64,000 nucleotides of DNA from Hypanus sabinus (taxonomy: Eukaryota). Positions 1-13,049 of this stretch are shown piece after piece (within the stretch, counting starts at the first letter, position 1; each line of letters opens with the position of its first letter). The DNA is taken from positions 27,156,001 to 27,220,000 of the forward strand of contig NC_082706.1 in the NCBI RefSeq assembly GCF_030144855.1, read 5' to 3'. Below the pieces are notes generated by a model that saw nothing but the letters and a program-made list of their open reading frames with translations, was not told the origin of the DNA and searched no databases. The translations under genes were made by a program, and so were the position numbers.

Positions 1-461
1 GGGTACAGAGGAGATTTACCAGGATCCTGCCTGGTTTAGAGAGTATGGATTATGATCAGAGATTAAGCGTAAATTGGCTTTACTCCTTGCAGAGAAGGAG
101 GATGAGAAGAGACATGATAGAGGTGTACAAGATATTAAGAGGAATAGACAGTGCGGGCCGCCAGCGCCTCTTCCCCAGGTCAACAGTGCGCAGTACAAGA
201 GGACATAGCTTTAAGTTAAGGGGAGGGAAGTTCAAGGGGGATATGAGAGGAAGTTTTTTACTCAGAGAGTGGTTGGTGCATGAAATGCACTGCCTGAGTC
301 AGTGGTGGAGGCAGATACACAAGTGAAATTTAAGAGACTACTAGACAAGTATATGGAGGAAATTAAGGTGGGGGGTTATATGGGAGGCAGGGTTTCAGGG
401 TCGGCACAACATTATGGGCCGAAGGGCCTGTAATGTGCTGTACTATTCTATGTTCTATGTT
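1..461 (+). mobile_element. CR1 LINE 3' end
   Basis: RRRMRRDMIEVYKILRGID..TRGHSFKL C-terminus of ORF2; tail (TTCTATG)n. Confidence 0.9.
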
Positions 462-719
462 GTATCACTACAATCACTGATCTCCTTTTCCATAGTGAAT
501 ACTGAGGTAAAGTATTCATTAAGTACCTCTGCTATTTCTTCCAGTACCATACACACTTTCCCACTGTCACACTTGATAGGTCCTATTGTTTCCCGTCTTA
601 TCTGCTTGGTCTTCACGTACTTGAAGAATGCTTTGGGGTTTTAATTAAATCTGCCCGCAAAGGCCGTCCCATGGCCCCTTCTGGTTTTACTCATTTCCTT
701 CTTAAGCTCTTTCCAAGTA

Positions 720-3235
720 AACAATATACAATAGACAGTACGTGCAGGAGTAGGCCATTCGGCCCTTCTAGCCAGCACCGCCAATCACTGTGATCATGAC
801 TGATCATACACAATCATTACCCCGTTCCTGCCCTCTCCCCACTATCTATAAGAGCTCTATCTAACTCTCCCTTGAAAGCATCCAGATACTTGGCCTCCAC
901 TGCCTTCTGGGGCAGAGCATTCCACATATCAACCACTCTCCAGGTGAAAAAAAGATTTTCCGTATCTCTGTTCTAAGTGGCCTTATTCTTAAACCGTGGC
1001 CTCTAGTTCTGGACTCACCCGTCAGCGGGAACATGTTTCCTGCCTCCAGCTTGTCCAATCCCTTAATAATCTTATATGTTTCAATCAGATCCCCTCTCAT
1101 CCTTCTAAATTCCAGTCGCTCCAATCTTTCAGCATATGACAGTCCCGCCATTCCAGGAATTAACCTTATTAATCTATAATGCACTCCCCCAATAGCAAGA
1201 ATGTCCTTCCTCAAATTTGGAGACCAAAACTGCACACAATACTCCAGGTGGGGTCTCACCAGGGCCCTGTACAGCTGGTGAAGGACCTCTTTACTCCTAT
1301 ACTCAATTCACCTTGTTATAAAGGCCTGCATGCCATTAGCTATCTTCACTGCCTGCTGTACCTGCATGCTTGCATTCATTGACTGATGTTCAAGAACACC
1401 TAAATCTCGTTGTAATTCTCGTTTTCCTAACTTGACTCCATTTAGATAGTAATCTGCCTTCCTGTTCTTGCCACCAAAGTGGATAACCTCACATTAATCC
1501 ACATTAGAGTGCATCTGCCATACATTTGCCCAATTACCCAACCTGTCTAGGTCACCCTGCATTCTCTTAACATACTCCTGACATTTCACACTGCCACCCA
1601 GCTATGTGTCATTGGCGAATTTGCTAATGTTACTTCTAATCCCTTCATCTAAATCATTAATGTATATTGTAAACAGCTGCGGTCCCAGCACTAAGCCTTG
1701 CGGTACCCCACTGGTCACAGTCTGCCGTTCCGAAAGGGACCCGTTAATCGCTACTCTTTGTTTCCTGTCAGCCAGCCAACTTTCGATCCATGTTAGTACT
1801 CGGCCCCCAATACCATGTGCCCTAATTTTGCCCACTAATCTCCCATGTGGGACTTTATCAAAAGCTTTCTGGAAGTCCAGGTACACGATATCCACTGGCT
1901 CTCCCTTGTCCATTTTCATAGTTACATCCTCAGAAAACTCCGGAAGATTAGTCGAACATGATTTTCCCTTCATAAATCCATGCTGACTCGGACTGTTCCT
2001 TCTACTGCTATCCAAATGTGTCGTAATTTCCTCTTTTATAATTGACTCCAGCGACTTTCACCACTGACATCAGGCTGGCTGGTCTATAATTCCGTTTTCT
2101 CTCTCTCTCCTTTCTTGAAAAGTGGGACATTAGCCACCCTCCAATCAGCAGGAACTGTTCCTGACTCTATAGAACATTGGAAAATGGTTACCAATGTGTC
2201 CACTATTTCTAGATCCACCTCCTTAAGTACCCTGCGTTGCAGATACTCAGGTCCTGGGGACTCACCAGCCTTCAGACCCAACAGTCTATCCAACACCATT
2301 ACTTGCCTGATATAAATTCCATTCAGTTCATCCATTACCCTAGTTCCTGGGGCACTATTACATCTGGGAGATTGTTTGTGTCTTCTCTAGTGAAGACAGA
2401 TCCAAAGTACCTGTTCAACTCATCTGCCATTTCATTGTGCCGCATAATAAATTCACCCGTTTATGACTTCAATGGCCCAAATTTGGTCTTCACTTTTTTT
2501 TTTGCTTTTCACATACCAAAAGAGGTTTTTACTATCCCCCTTTATATCCTTGGCTATTTTACCTTAGTACCTCATTTTTTTCTCTGCGTATTGCCTTTTT
2601 TGTTATCTACTGCTGCTCTTTAAAAGCTTCCCAGTCCTCCGGCTTCCCGCTCATCTTTGCTATGTTATACATCTTCTCTTTTATTTTTATACTCTCCTTT
2701 ACTTCCCTCGTCAGCCACGGCCGCCCCTTACTCCCCTTAGGATCTTTCTTCCTTTTTGCAATGAACTGATCCTGCACCTTCTGCATTATTCCCAGAAATA
2801 CCTGCCATTGTTGTTCCACTGTCTTCCCTGCTGGGGTATTGTTCCATTGAACTTTGGCCAGCTCCTTCCTCATAGCTCCATATTTCCCTTTATCAACTGT
2901 AATACTGACGCATCCGGTTTTCCTTTCTCCTTCTCAAATTATAGGTTAAAACATATCATATTATGGTCACTACCACTTAATGGCTCCTTTACCTCGAGTT
3001 CCCTGATCAAATCCGGTTCATTGCTTAACACTAAATCTAGAATTGCCTTCTCCCTGGTAGGCTCCTGTACAAGTTGTTCTAAGAATCCATCTCGGAGGCA
3101 CTCCACAAACTCCCTTTCTTGGGGTCCAGTACCATTCTGATTCTCCCAGTCTACCCTCATGTTGAAATCTCCCATGACAACTGTACCATTACCTTTGCAA
3201 CTCTTCATTCAACTCAGACCCTACTTCCAGACTGC
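720..3235 (-). mobile_element. CR1 LINE, 5'-truncated ORF2 (APE-RT), nested in an older CR1
   Basis: [45 protein letters not shown]; tail repeat at ~720. Confidence 0.92.
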
Positions 3236-3239
3236 TGAG

Positions 3240-5560
3240 TATTATCGGTAGACTTATAATATACTAGATCTCTAACATTACCTAGCTCTCTAAACCTTTT
3301 GTAAGCTTTTCATTTCTTCTTGACTAGATTTAATTCAGCTTTGTACACCACAGTTCCTGTACCTTACTATAACTTCCTTGTCCCATTAGGAACAGGGAAC
3401 TTCCCTGTTCCCTTCCCTGTCCTGTACCTATATAGAACTCTACATCCCCTGAATGTTTGCCACATTTCTTCTGTACATTTCCCTGAGAACATCTGTTTCC
3501 AATTTAAGCCTCCAATTTCATGCCTGATAGTCTCATAATTCCCCTTATTCCAGCTGAACGCTTTTCTAACTTGTCTGTTCCTATCTCTGTCCGATGCAAT
3601 TGTAAAGCAGTTAGAATTATGATCACTTTTTCCAAAATGCTCTCCCACTGAGAGATCTGACACCTGTCCAGGTTCATTTCTCAATACCAAATCAAGTACT
3701 GTCTCTCCTCTTGTAGGCTTATCTAAATATTGTGTCAGGAAACTATCCTGAACACACCTAACAAACTACACCCCATCTAACCCCCTTGCTCTATGGAGAT
3801 GCCAATCGATATTTGGGAAATTACAATCTCCCATGATGACAATTACACTTTTCCAGGATCTATTTCCCTATCTGGTCCTCAATATTCCTGTTACTTTTGG
3901 GTGGCCTATAAGAAACACCCAGTAAAATTATTGAACCCTTCCTGTTCCTAACCTCCACCCACAGAGAGTCCGGAGAGAATCCCTCCATGGCGTCCAACTT
4001 TTCTGCAGCCGTGATACTATTTCTGATCAACTGTGCCACCTTACCACCTCTTTTGCCTCCCTCCCTGTCCTTTCTGAAACATCTAAAACCGGCAGTTGAA
4101 GTAACCATTCCTGTCCTTGAGCCATCCAACTCTCTGTAATGGCCACCATATCATAACTGCAAGTATTTCTCCACGCTCTAAGCTCGTCCGCTTTGTTCAC
4201 AACACTCCTTGCGTTAAGATAGACACATCTTAAGCCTTCAGCCTGAGTGCGTCCCTTCTCTATCAGCTGCCTATCCTCCCTCTCGCACTGTCTACAAACT
4301 TTCTCTATTTGTGAGCTAACCTCCTCTTCCACAGCCTCTTCAGTTCTATTCCCATCTCTCCTCACCTCCCCCCCCCCAGCAATTCTAGTTTAATCTTCCC
4401 CTGTACCCGTAGCAAACCTCGCCGCCAGGATATTGGTCCCCATGGGATTCAACTGCAACCCATCCTTTTCGTACAGGTCACACCTGCCCCAAAAGAGGTC
4501 CCCATGATCCAGAAATCTGAATCCCTCCCCCGTTCCAATCCCTCAGCCACGCGTTTATCCTCCACCTCATGCTATTCCTATTCTCACTGTCGCGTGGCAT
4601 AGGCAGTAATCCGAGATTACTACCTTTGCGGTCCTGCTTCTCAACTTCCTTCCTATCTGCCTGCAGTCTTTTTTTTTCAGGACCTTTTTTTCTTTTTCTA
4701 CCTGCGTCGTTGGTACCAATATGTATCATGACCTCTGGCTGTTCTCCCTCCCACTGCAGGAAATCTGGGACGCAATCTGAAACTTCCCGGACCCTGGCAC
4801 ATGGTACGCAAACTATTATCCGAGTTTCTTTCCTGCGTCCACAGAATCACCTGCCTGACCCCCGAACTATACAGTCCCCTATCACTACTGCCTTCCTCTT
4901 CCCTTCCCTAACCTTCTGAGCTTCAGGGCCAGATCACTGTCGCTTCCACCAGTTAGGCTTCCCCTCCCCAACAGTACTCAAACAGGAATACTTATTATCA
5001 AGCGGTGCCACCACAGGGGTACTCTCTCGTACCTGACTCTTCCCCTTTCGGCTCCGGACTGTGACCCATTTGTCTGTCTCCCGTGATGCTGGTGTGACCA
5101 GCTGCCTATAACAACTCTCTATCAACTCCTCGCTCTCCCTCACTAGGCGGATGTCATCAAGCTACATCTCCAGTTCCCTAACTCAGTCCCTCAGGAGCTG
5201 CAGCTCGACACACCTTGTGCAGATATGGCTGTCCGGGAGGCTGGGAGACTCCAGGACCCCCTACATATTGCACCCAGCACAAAACACTGTTCTCACACAC
5301 ATACATCCTACCTCGCCTCGACCCGTTACCGCCTAATCTCGTTGATCCAAAGCCCTATCATGCTGCTGCCCGCTCCGACGCTGCCTGCTAGATACGGCAG
5401 TCTTCTTTTCCAACCTTCCGCACTCTACTGGCTGACATCACGCGCCTGCGCAGTCTCGCCACTCTTGAACCCAAGTAGTAAAAACTCGCTTCGCTCTGAA
5501 AAAACAGCCGTTCTCCCGCAGTCTTCTTGCTCCAAACGGTGAAGTCTGCTTTGTATTTTG
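3240..5560 (-). mobile_element. CR1 LINE 5' portion (5'UTR, esterase ORF1, endonuclease); continues at 462-720
   Basis: IHIGTND (SGNH block), CVYLNARSVVNKADEL, SDHN; CpG-rich 5' end. Confidence 0.85.
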
Positions 5561-5579
5561 GGTAACTGATCTAAGCTTC

Positions 5580-8500
5580 CTCTCAGACCTAATGTCCCGT
5601 TTTCTCCCTGTATCCTTTCAAACCCTGACAAATCGAAGGTTCATCAACTCTGCTTTAAATATGCATAAAGACTTGGACTCCAGAGACACCTCTGACAAAT
5701 AATTCCACAGATTCACCACTCTCTGGTTAAAGAAATTTATTTTCATCTCCCTTCTAAAAGGATGGCTTTTTATTCTGCGGCTGTATCCTGTGGACTGAGA
5801 CTCTCCCACCGTAGGAAACATACACTCCACAACCACTCCATCAAGGCCTTTAACCATTCCATTGTTTTGAATGAGTGCATCCTTATTCTTCTTAGATTTA
5901 TTCAATATAGGCCCATAATTATCAGATTCACAATCCTGGAGTAATTTTCATGAACCTCCTTTCACGGACCTCTCTAGATTCCACACATCCTTTCTAAGAT
6001 AAGAGGCCCAAAACTTCTCACAATACTGCAAGTGAGGCTCAGAATATTTATCAATAACCATATTAGATCGTTGTTTTTTTTATATTTTAGGAGAGATGAA
6101 ATGAATGTTCTCATTCCATTCGCCTCCCTCACCATAGACTCAACCTGCAGATTAATCTTTAGAGAATCCTGTACCAAGACTCCCAAGTCCCTTCGCACGT
6201 CAGATGTTTTTTTTGTATTTTCTATACAGTCAAATAAAGGCTCGCTTCATTCCAACTCTTTGTCCCTTGCCAATCAGCACTACTTTATTCATGCTTGAAT
6301 ATTTCTGATAATACTATAGGCTCGAAGCTTGTTAAGTAGCTTCATGTGAGGCACCATTTCAAAGATCTTCTGAAAATGCAAGTAGACAACATCAAGGGAT
6401 TATCTTTTGTCTGGCCTGCTTGTTACTTCTTCAAAGCATTCCAATAGATTCTTCAGGCAGGATTTCCCCTTTAGAAAACCATGCTGATTGGGTCCTATTT
6501 TATTATGTACCACCAGATACTCTGAGTACTCATCCAACATGATCAATTCCAACATCTTCCCATCTATTGAAGTCAGAAAAACTAGCCTAACTTTTCCCTT
6601 CTTCCGTCTCTCTCCCTTTTAGAAGACTGGAATGACATTTGCAATTTCCCTGTCTTCCAGAACAATTCCAAACTCTAGTGAATCATGTAGGATCATTACT
6701 AATGCCTTCTCAATCCCTTCCGCAACCTCTTTCAGAACTCTAGAGTGCACAACATCTGGTCCAGGTGGCTTATCTGCCTTCAGACCTTTTTTGGTTTTCC
6801 AAGAAACTTTTTTGCAAGTTATGATACCTTCATAAATTTCCTGTCCCTTACGTCATGCACTTCAATCATACTGTTGCTCTCTTCTACAGTGAAAACTGAT
6901 GCAAACTACTTATTTAGTTAGTCCACTTTTTTATTGTCTCCCTTTTACACTTTATGTATATGAAGAAACTCTTGGTATCCTGCTTGATATTATTGACTAC
7001 CATACATTCGCATGTCATCTTTACCTTCTTAATGGATGTTTACTTGCCTTCAGTTGATTTTAAAATCTTCCCAATCCTCCAACCTACAATTACTTATGGC
7101 TCTATCTATTGACATTACCCATGACTGTTGCAACATTGCCCTTTTAGCATTCATTTACTATTTCTCTTTGTAACGTGTCGGGCACATCTTTACGACTGCT
7201 TGGAGCATCTATATACAACTCCGATCAGGGTATTTTTATCCTTGCAGTTCTTTCACTCAATCCACAATGATTAAACACCTTCCGATGCTGGGTTACTTCT
7301 TTCTAAAAATTTGATTTCATGTTTTACCAACCGGCAAAGCCGCCCCCTGTGCCTACCAACATAATTTTGATACAACGTTTATCCTTGAACGTTAACGTTC
7401 CAGCAATAATCTTTCAGCTCTGATTCAGTGACATGTACGATATCATTCTTGCCTATCTGCAACTGTGCTGCAAGTTAATCTACCACATTCCATATCCTGC
7501 TCCTATTCAAATACAACATCTTCAGTCCTTTATTCGCGCTTTTCGATTTGTCTGCCTTTTACATTGTAACTCATCCTGCTGACTGCATTTGTGCCCAATC
7601 AATAGTTTATCCTCTATACACATTGCCTCTATTTGTAAACCAGCTACCTCATCTTCAGAAATATCATCTGCATTTCCTTCCATACTTATTACATTTTAAT
7701 ATATTGGCAGCTCAGGGCAAATGTCACACAATGCTCAACATTTTCATTCCTAATGTTCTTTAAGGTCTTACCAACATCTGCTTCTACAAACTCTCCACTA
7801 ACTCTTCTGGCACTCGGGTTCCCATCCTACTGCAATTCTAGTTTAAACACCATTGTGCAGCATTAGTAAATCTTCCTACTGTGATATTAGCTCACTACCA
7901 GCTCAGGTGCAAACAATCGCTTCTGTACAGGCCAGGCAATCCCTGGAAGAGAGCCCAGTGATCCAAAACTCTTATGCCCTCCCTTCTACACTAGATCCTT
8001 AGCCAGGTATTAAACTGTATAGCTGTTCTAGTTCTGACCTCACTAGCAGGTGGTATGGGTAGCAACTCGGAGATCACAACCCTGTGTTTAACTTGCAAGT
8101 AACTCTCTGATTTCCCCACGCTGAACCTCGCCCATGAATGATCTTCATTATTAGTACCTAAGTTGTCCACAATGTCTGCCTTTCCATCCTACCTGTTAAG
8201 AATTCTAAGGATTTGATCTGTGTTTTCTGGGAACCTGGCAACCGAGAATTAACACGCCATTTGGGTATCTCTTTCTCACCCTCAGAACTTCATGTCCATT
8301 CCCATAACTAATGAATTCCCTCTCACCATAGTATGCCTCTTCTCCCCACGTTGCTTCTGAGTCACAAGTCAGACTCTCTGCCAGAGAGCCGATCAGTGTG
8401 GCTTTCGTTTGTTCGTTCATCACCATACCCCAATATCCGGCATTATCTAAGTGCTATCTCTGTTGTTGGGAGGGATTGGAGAGGGGTGGCCCTAGGGTTG

Positions 8501-8800
8501 CCATATATTTTTGACGGAGATAGTTCCCTAATCACTTTCTCCTTTCAGACTGTCACTCAGATTCCTTTGTCTGCACCTTGGGAGCAACAAACTCTCTATA
8601 TGCTGTATCTCTCACACCTCCAACCTCTCGAATGATTCGGAGTGTCATGAGGTTCGAGATCCAACTCCTTAACGCTGTCTGTTAGAAGGTGCAGCTGGAC
8701 GGACTTCCAGCTATTGTAGTGGTTAGAGACACTGGAGGTCTCCCTGCCTTCCCACATCCCTCAAGGGGAGTCATTTAACAACGTTACCTGTCATTCCTAA
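5580..8800 (-). mobile_element. Old, internally deleted CR1 LINE
   Basis: Decayed ORF2 C-terminus (NFFNQRVVNLWN) through ORF1-like sequence. Confidence 0.75.
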
Positions 8801-8929
8801 TGTCCTAGCTGAGCAGATATAAAGAAGAGAAGGGTACAACTTGAGATGCTCTTTCCCCTGCCTTCTCTGAGGGAAGCCTCTCTTTGCTGAAGCCTCCAAG
8901 AGCTGAACCTTAGAATTACCACTCTGAAA

Positions 8930-9610
8930 CAAGAGAAAACATGCAGATGCAGATGCTGGAAATCGAAGCTGTGCACTCAAAAAGCTGGAGGAAGTCAACA
9001 GGCCAGGCTGCATCCATTCAACTTCTCTGGCTGAGGCACTTCGGCAGGACTGGGGGGGGGGGGGGGAGAAAAAACAAGCTGATGAGCAGCTTTGAAATGC
9101 AGCGGGAAGGGAGAGAGAAACAGAAGGTGATAGGTGTAACATAAAAGGGGAGTGTCTCAACCGACATGATGAGGTCACACGCAGGCTGGAGGAACAACAC
9201 CTTATATTCCATTTGGTTGGCCAGCAATCAGATGGCCTGAACATCGGGTTCTACAACTTCCGGTAGTGCCCCCTACTACCCTCTCCTTCACGTTTTCCAT
9301 CCCTCTTTCCCACTCTTACCTTATCTCCTTGCCCGCCTATGGCCTGCCTCCAGTGCTCCACCTGCCCTTTTCCTTTTCCTATGGCCTTCTGTCGATGTTT
9401 TCTGCCAACTGCCTAGTTCTTTATTTCATCCCTCTTCGTTCATGTTTCACTATCACCTTGTGTTTTTATCTCCCCCTGCCCCCGCCCCCCACACACACCA
9501 TTTATATCTGCTCCTCTGTTGTTTTTCTCCTGTACTGCCGAAGGAATTCAGCCCCAAACATCGCCTGTACTCTTTTACATAAATGTTGCCTGGCCTGCTG
9601 AAATTACCAC
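8930..9610 (+). mobile_element. Penelope-like element 3' fragment with inverted terminal (pLTR) copy
   Basis: HDEVTRRLEEQHLIFHLVGQQSDGLNIGFYNFR* (GIY-YIG C-terminus, ~9165-9266). Ends 8935-9053 and ~9520-9610 are reverse-complement related. Confidence 0.75.
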
Positions 9611-10049
9611 TCCGGCTATCCCAATTTGAATGATGGCCACTACACATGCCCTTATCTTCTTTCAATGTGCTCTTACAAATCAATCGTAAACGCCGGTTGG
9701 CCGCTGGTCAAAGTTCTATTACGCGGCTATGAGCCGCACCTGCATTTTATCCTCTGTCAGTGAACCTCATTGAATTCCCCTTCTCTCTAAACACCGGACT
9801 GGCCGCTGGTCAACGGTCCAATAAATCTTCTGAAAATAATTTACTATTTGCATTAAATGTTTTAGCTTAACTAATGAAGGAGCATATAATTCTAAATAAT
9901 CCAGGTATCGCGGGAATGTTAAGATGTGTCTCATTTCTTTGTGTTTCATTTTATACTTGATTTATCGGATTCATTAAATTAGTGAACAGGTTTAAAGTTG
10001 GACAGAACCATTTTTTTCAGATTTTTTCCAGAAAATTTTTGATATGCAT

Positions 10050-10460
10050 TCATATGTATCGCTGAAGGCAAGTAAATTTATTATACCAATAATTATGAAC
10101 ATTATCACATCCAGTGCTCTTCCAGTTGTGGGTATTTTGTAACCTATTTCAATATATCCATTTTAACTTTGGATATTTGCATTTCTTCTCCTGTTGTTAT
10201 TATCATTATCATGATGTCTCTCTTCTCAAGGCATGTATCTTCTGAAGAATAGGTGAAGTTCTTTGTTCATAGTTATGCTATAGTCAATATCTCATGGCAG
10301 GAATTCCTCAGTGGACTGCCCTCTGTACAAATTGGAGGTCCCAGTGTCAAGTCATTTTACATCTCCTATTATTCAGAATAATATATTAATTGAAAGTCTA
10401 TTCCAAGCACGTACCAGAGGAGCAGACCTCATATAGCCCAGGGTGGAATTCAAGCTGAGG
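10050..10460 (-). pseudogene. Cluster of short degenerate collagen-like exons
   Basis: Several closely spaced acceptors (cttcctaccctcag, aataatag, tattcttcag, gaaatag, ttgccttcag), each followed by a short segment such as GPP..TEGSP. Confidence 0.35.
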
Positions 10461-10509
10461 GTAGGAAGAAAATGCTTCTACAATTACAGGTACTTTCATC
10501 CCACTTCAT

Positions 10510-12810
10510 TTTCTGTGCTTTTTTTTAAATTTTCATTTGCTCAGCACAACAGAATTTTCAATTACCAGAAACATTTAACTTTACATTTCACCCCTCACAG
10601 ATACCAGCTGTCCGAACAATTCCATCAAAATTTAGACATCATCGCCACATCCTATAAAAAACCCTTATTAATATAGCAGACATGTTTACATCAACATATT
10701 GTAGAAAGTCTTGCCATGTTTTATGAAAACTATTTGTTCTTGAGAGTAACATACACATCAAAAAATCCAAAGGAATGTATCCCATGATTAATTTAAGCCA
10801 ACCAAAAAGTCCAGGGGCTTTATCGGATATCCAAGTTCTTCCTGGCACAAAAAGTCAGGATGCTAAAAAGTTTTTTTGTGATGTGCATTAATACCTCGAC
10901 TGCTGGGACTGCTTAAGAAATAAGACACAATCAAGCTCCATCTTCAGTATCTTTTCCAATTCACTCAAAATATCACTCCAGTACGCCTGATGCTTGGAAC
11001 GTCCAAAAATAGTGAGTGAAAGTTCCAATATTTACTTTACATTTGGAACACAATGGAGACACCCCAATCTTAAATATCGAGAGACGATCTGGAGTCAGAT
11101 GGGCTCTGTGCGGAATTTTGAGGTGCAATGCTTTAGTTCTGCTACAAACTGAAATTTTGTTTGCATTATCACAAATGTCTTCCCATGTTTCAGCTATAAT
11201 TGCTACTCCCAGCTCTTCCTTCCAGACACGCCCTAGCTGCTCAGCCTCTCCACAAGTACATTCCCTCAGGATGCTGTAAAATGTTCTGAGGGAGACTTCA
11301 CCTTTAGAGCAAAACATCCTCTGTACTATGTCAGAACTATAAAAATCAGTTATCAATGATGTTTTCTTTTCTGTACATAATCTCTTATCTTCAGATATCT
11401 CTCATCTGAAAGAAATGAAAAAGATCCTTGATGGGTATTTGACTAAAAGACATAATCGTTCCTTCATCAAACAAATTTCCTAGATAGAAAATACCCTTAG
11501 ACATACCAAATTAAAATCCACAATCTATTTTGCCAGGCTGAAAAGCCGGATATTGGAGTGAAAGAAGAAAATATCATTGCAAAACCCTCAATTTGTCACA
11601 TTGCCCTCCAAGACCTGTGTGTTAATTGTTATTTGGTTGTGATAATATTCCTTACATAGTTTCATCTTATTGAGGAAAAGCAAATTAATAAGAGGGCATT
11701 TTGCTGGTGAGGCTTCAAAGTCTACCCAAATTGAGGAGGGGTCCCTGCAAATACAGTCAACCACATACGACAAAAAGGAACTTAGTAGATATTTTTGATG
11801 CCTGGAAATCCAGGACCCCCCCCCCCCCCCGCCCCAAACTACTGGAAAGCTGTAAATTAGACATTTCAATACAGGGACTTTTTTGTTCCAGATGAAAGAA
11901 ACAAACCAGCCATTTATTTTTTTAAGTATGTGTTGGGGAAAAATAACTGGAATCATTCATACTGGGTAGAGCAGATGAGTAAGAATGTTCATTTTGAGCA
12001 TGGATATTCGCCCAAGCCAAGAAATGGGAAGAGTGCTCTATCGCTCAAGATCCTGTTTGATTTTGTCAAATAACTGTGTAAAGTTAGCTTTGAACACTTG
12101 ATCAAATGTTGGTATAATAAATATGCCTAAGTACCCAAAACCTGTTTGTGACCATTTAAACAGGAAAACACCCTGAGTGTTAGGTATCTGCTGCAGATTC
12201 CCCAGAGGCATAGCCACTGATTAGGTAAAGTTGATTTTATAACCTGAAAAGGGGCTGAATGAATTGGTGCATTGTATAAGGTGGTGCACTGATATTGCAA
12301 GGTGTGATAAGAAAATTAGATCATCATCCGCATACAATGTAATTTTATGTGACTTTACATCTATGTCTGGAGCAGATATTCTGGGGTCTCGCTGAATAGC
12401 CTCAGACAATGGCTGGATCACTAGTGTGAAAGTAGGAGTGATAAAGGGCAGCCCTGCTGGCTGCCCCTCAGAATACTAAAATTATTTGACATAATACTAT
12501 TAGTGAGAATTGCAGCCAAAGGTTCATTATAAAGAGCCTTCATCCACTTAATAAAACTAATGTCCAATCCAAATCGTTCTGAAGTGAAAACAAGGTAAGG
12601 CCATTCGACACAATCAAAGGCCTTTTCTGGATCTAAGGAAACCACCATGTTGTCTACTGCTTGTCGCTGACATGCCTGAATCACATTAAGTAATCTCCTG
12701 ATATTGATAGATGATCTTCGGCCTTTTCCAAAACCCATTTGATCTTCTTGTAAGATTTTAAAGTCAACATTTAACAATGAAATAGGTCTATAGGAAGAGT
12801 TTCTCCTGTT
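10510..12810 (-). mobile_element. L1/Tx1-clade LINE ORF2 (RT to C-terminal Zn finger), decayed
   Basis: YRPISLLNVDFKIL, SLDPEKAFDCVEWPYL, QGCPLS, LYADD, CSKC..GTFTHYFW. Confidence 0.9.
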
Positions 12811-13049
12811 CCAGCCGGTTCCTGCCACACAGATACACCAGGCCCGTTATTGCACAGATGTCCCTCTTTTTTTTCAACTGAACCTTCTCCAATTACCCAA
12901 ATACCTTTGCCACTGCAGGTCCCCTGCACTTGTTCACATTAGCCACTGTATCTCCCTCAGGAAGCACGCCTTATCGTTTGGTTGAGAAAAACAAAACAAT
13001 GCAGATAAGTTTAGATGCATTGTTGCATTTATCAGAACCCATAACACCA

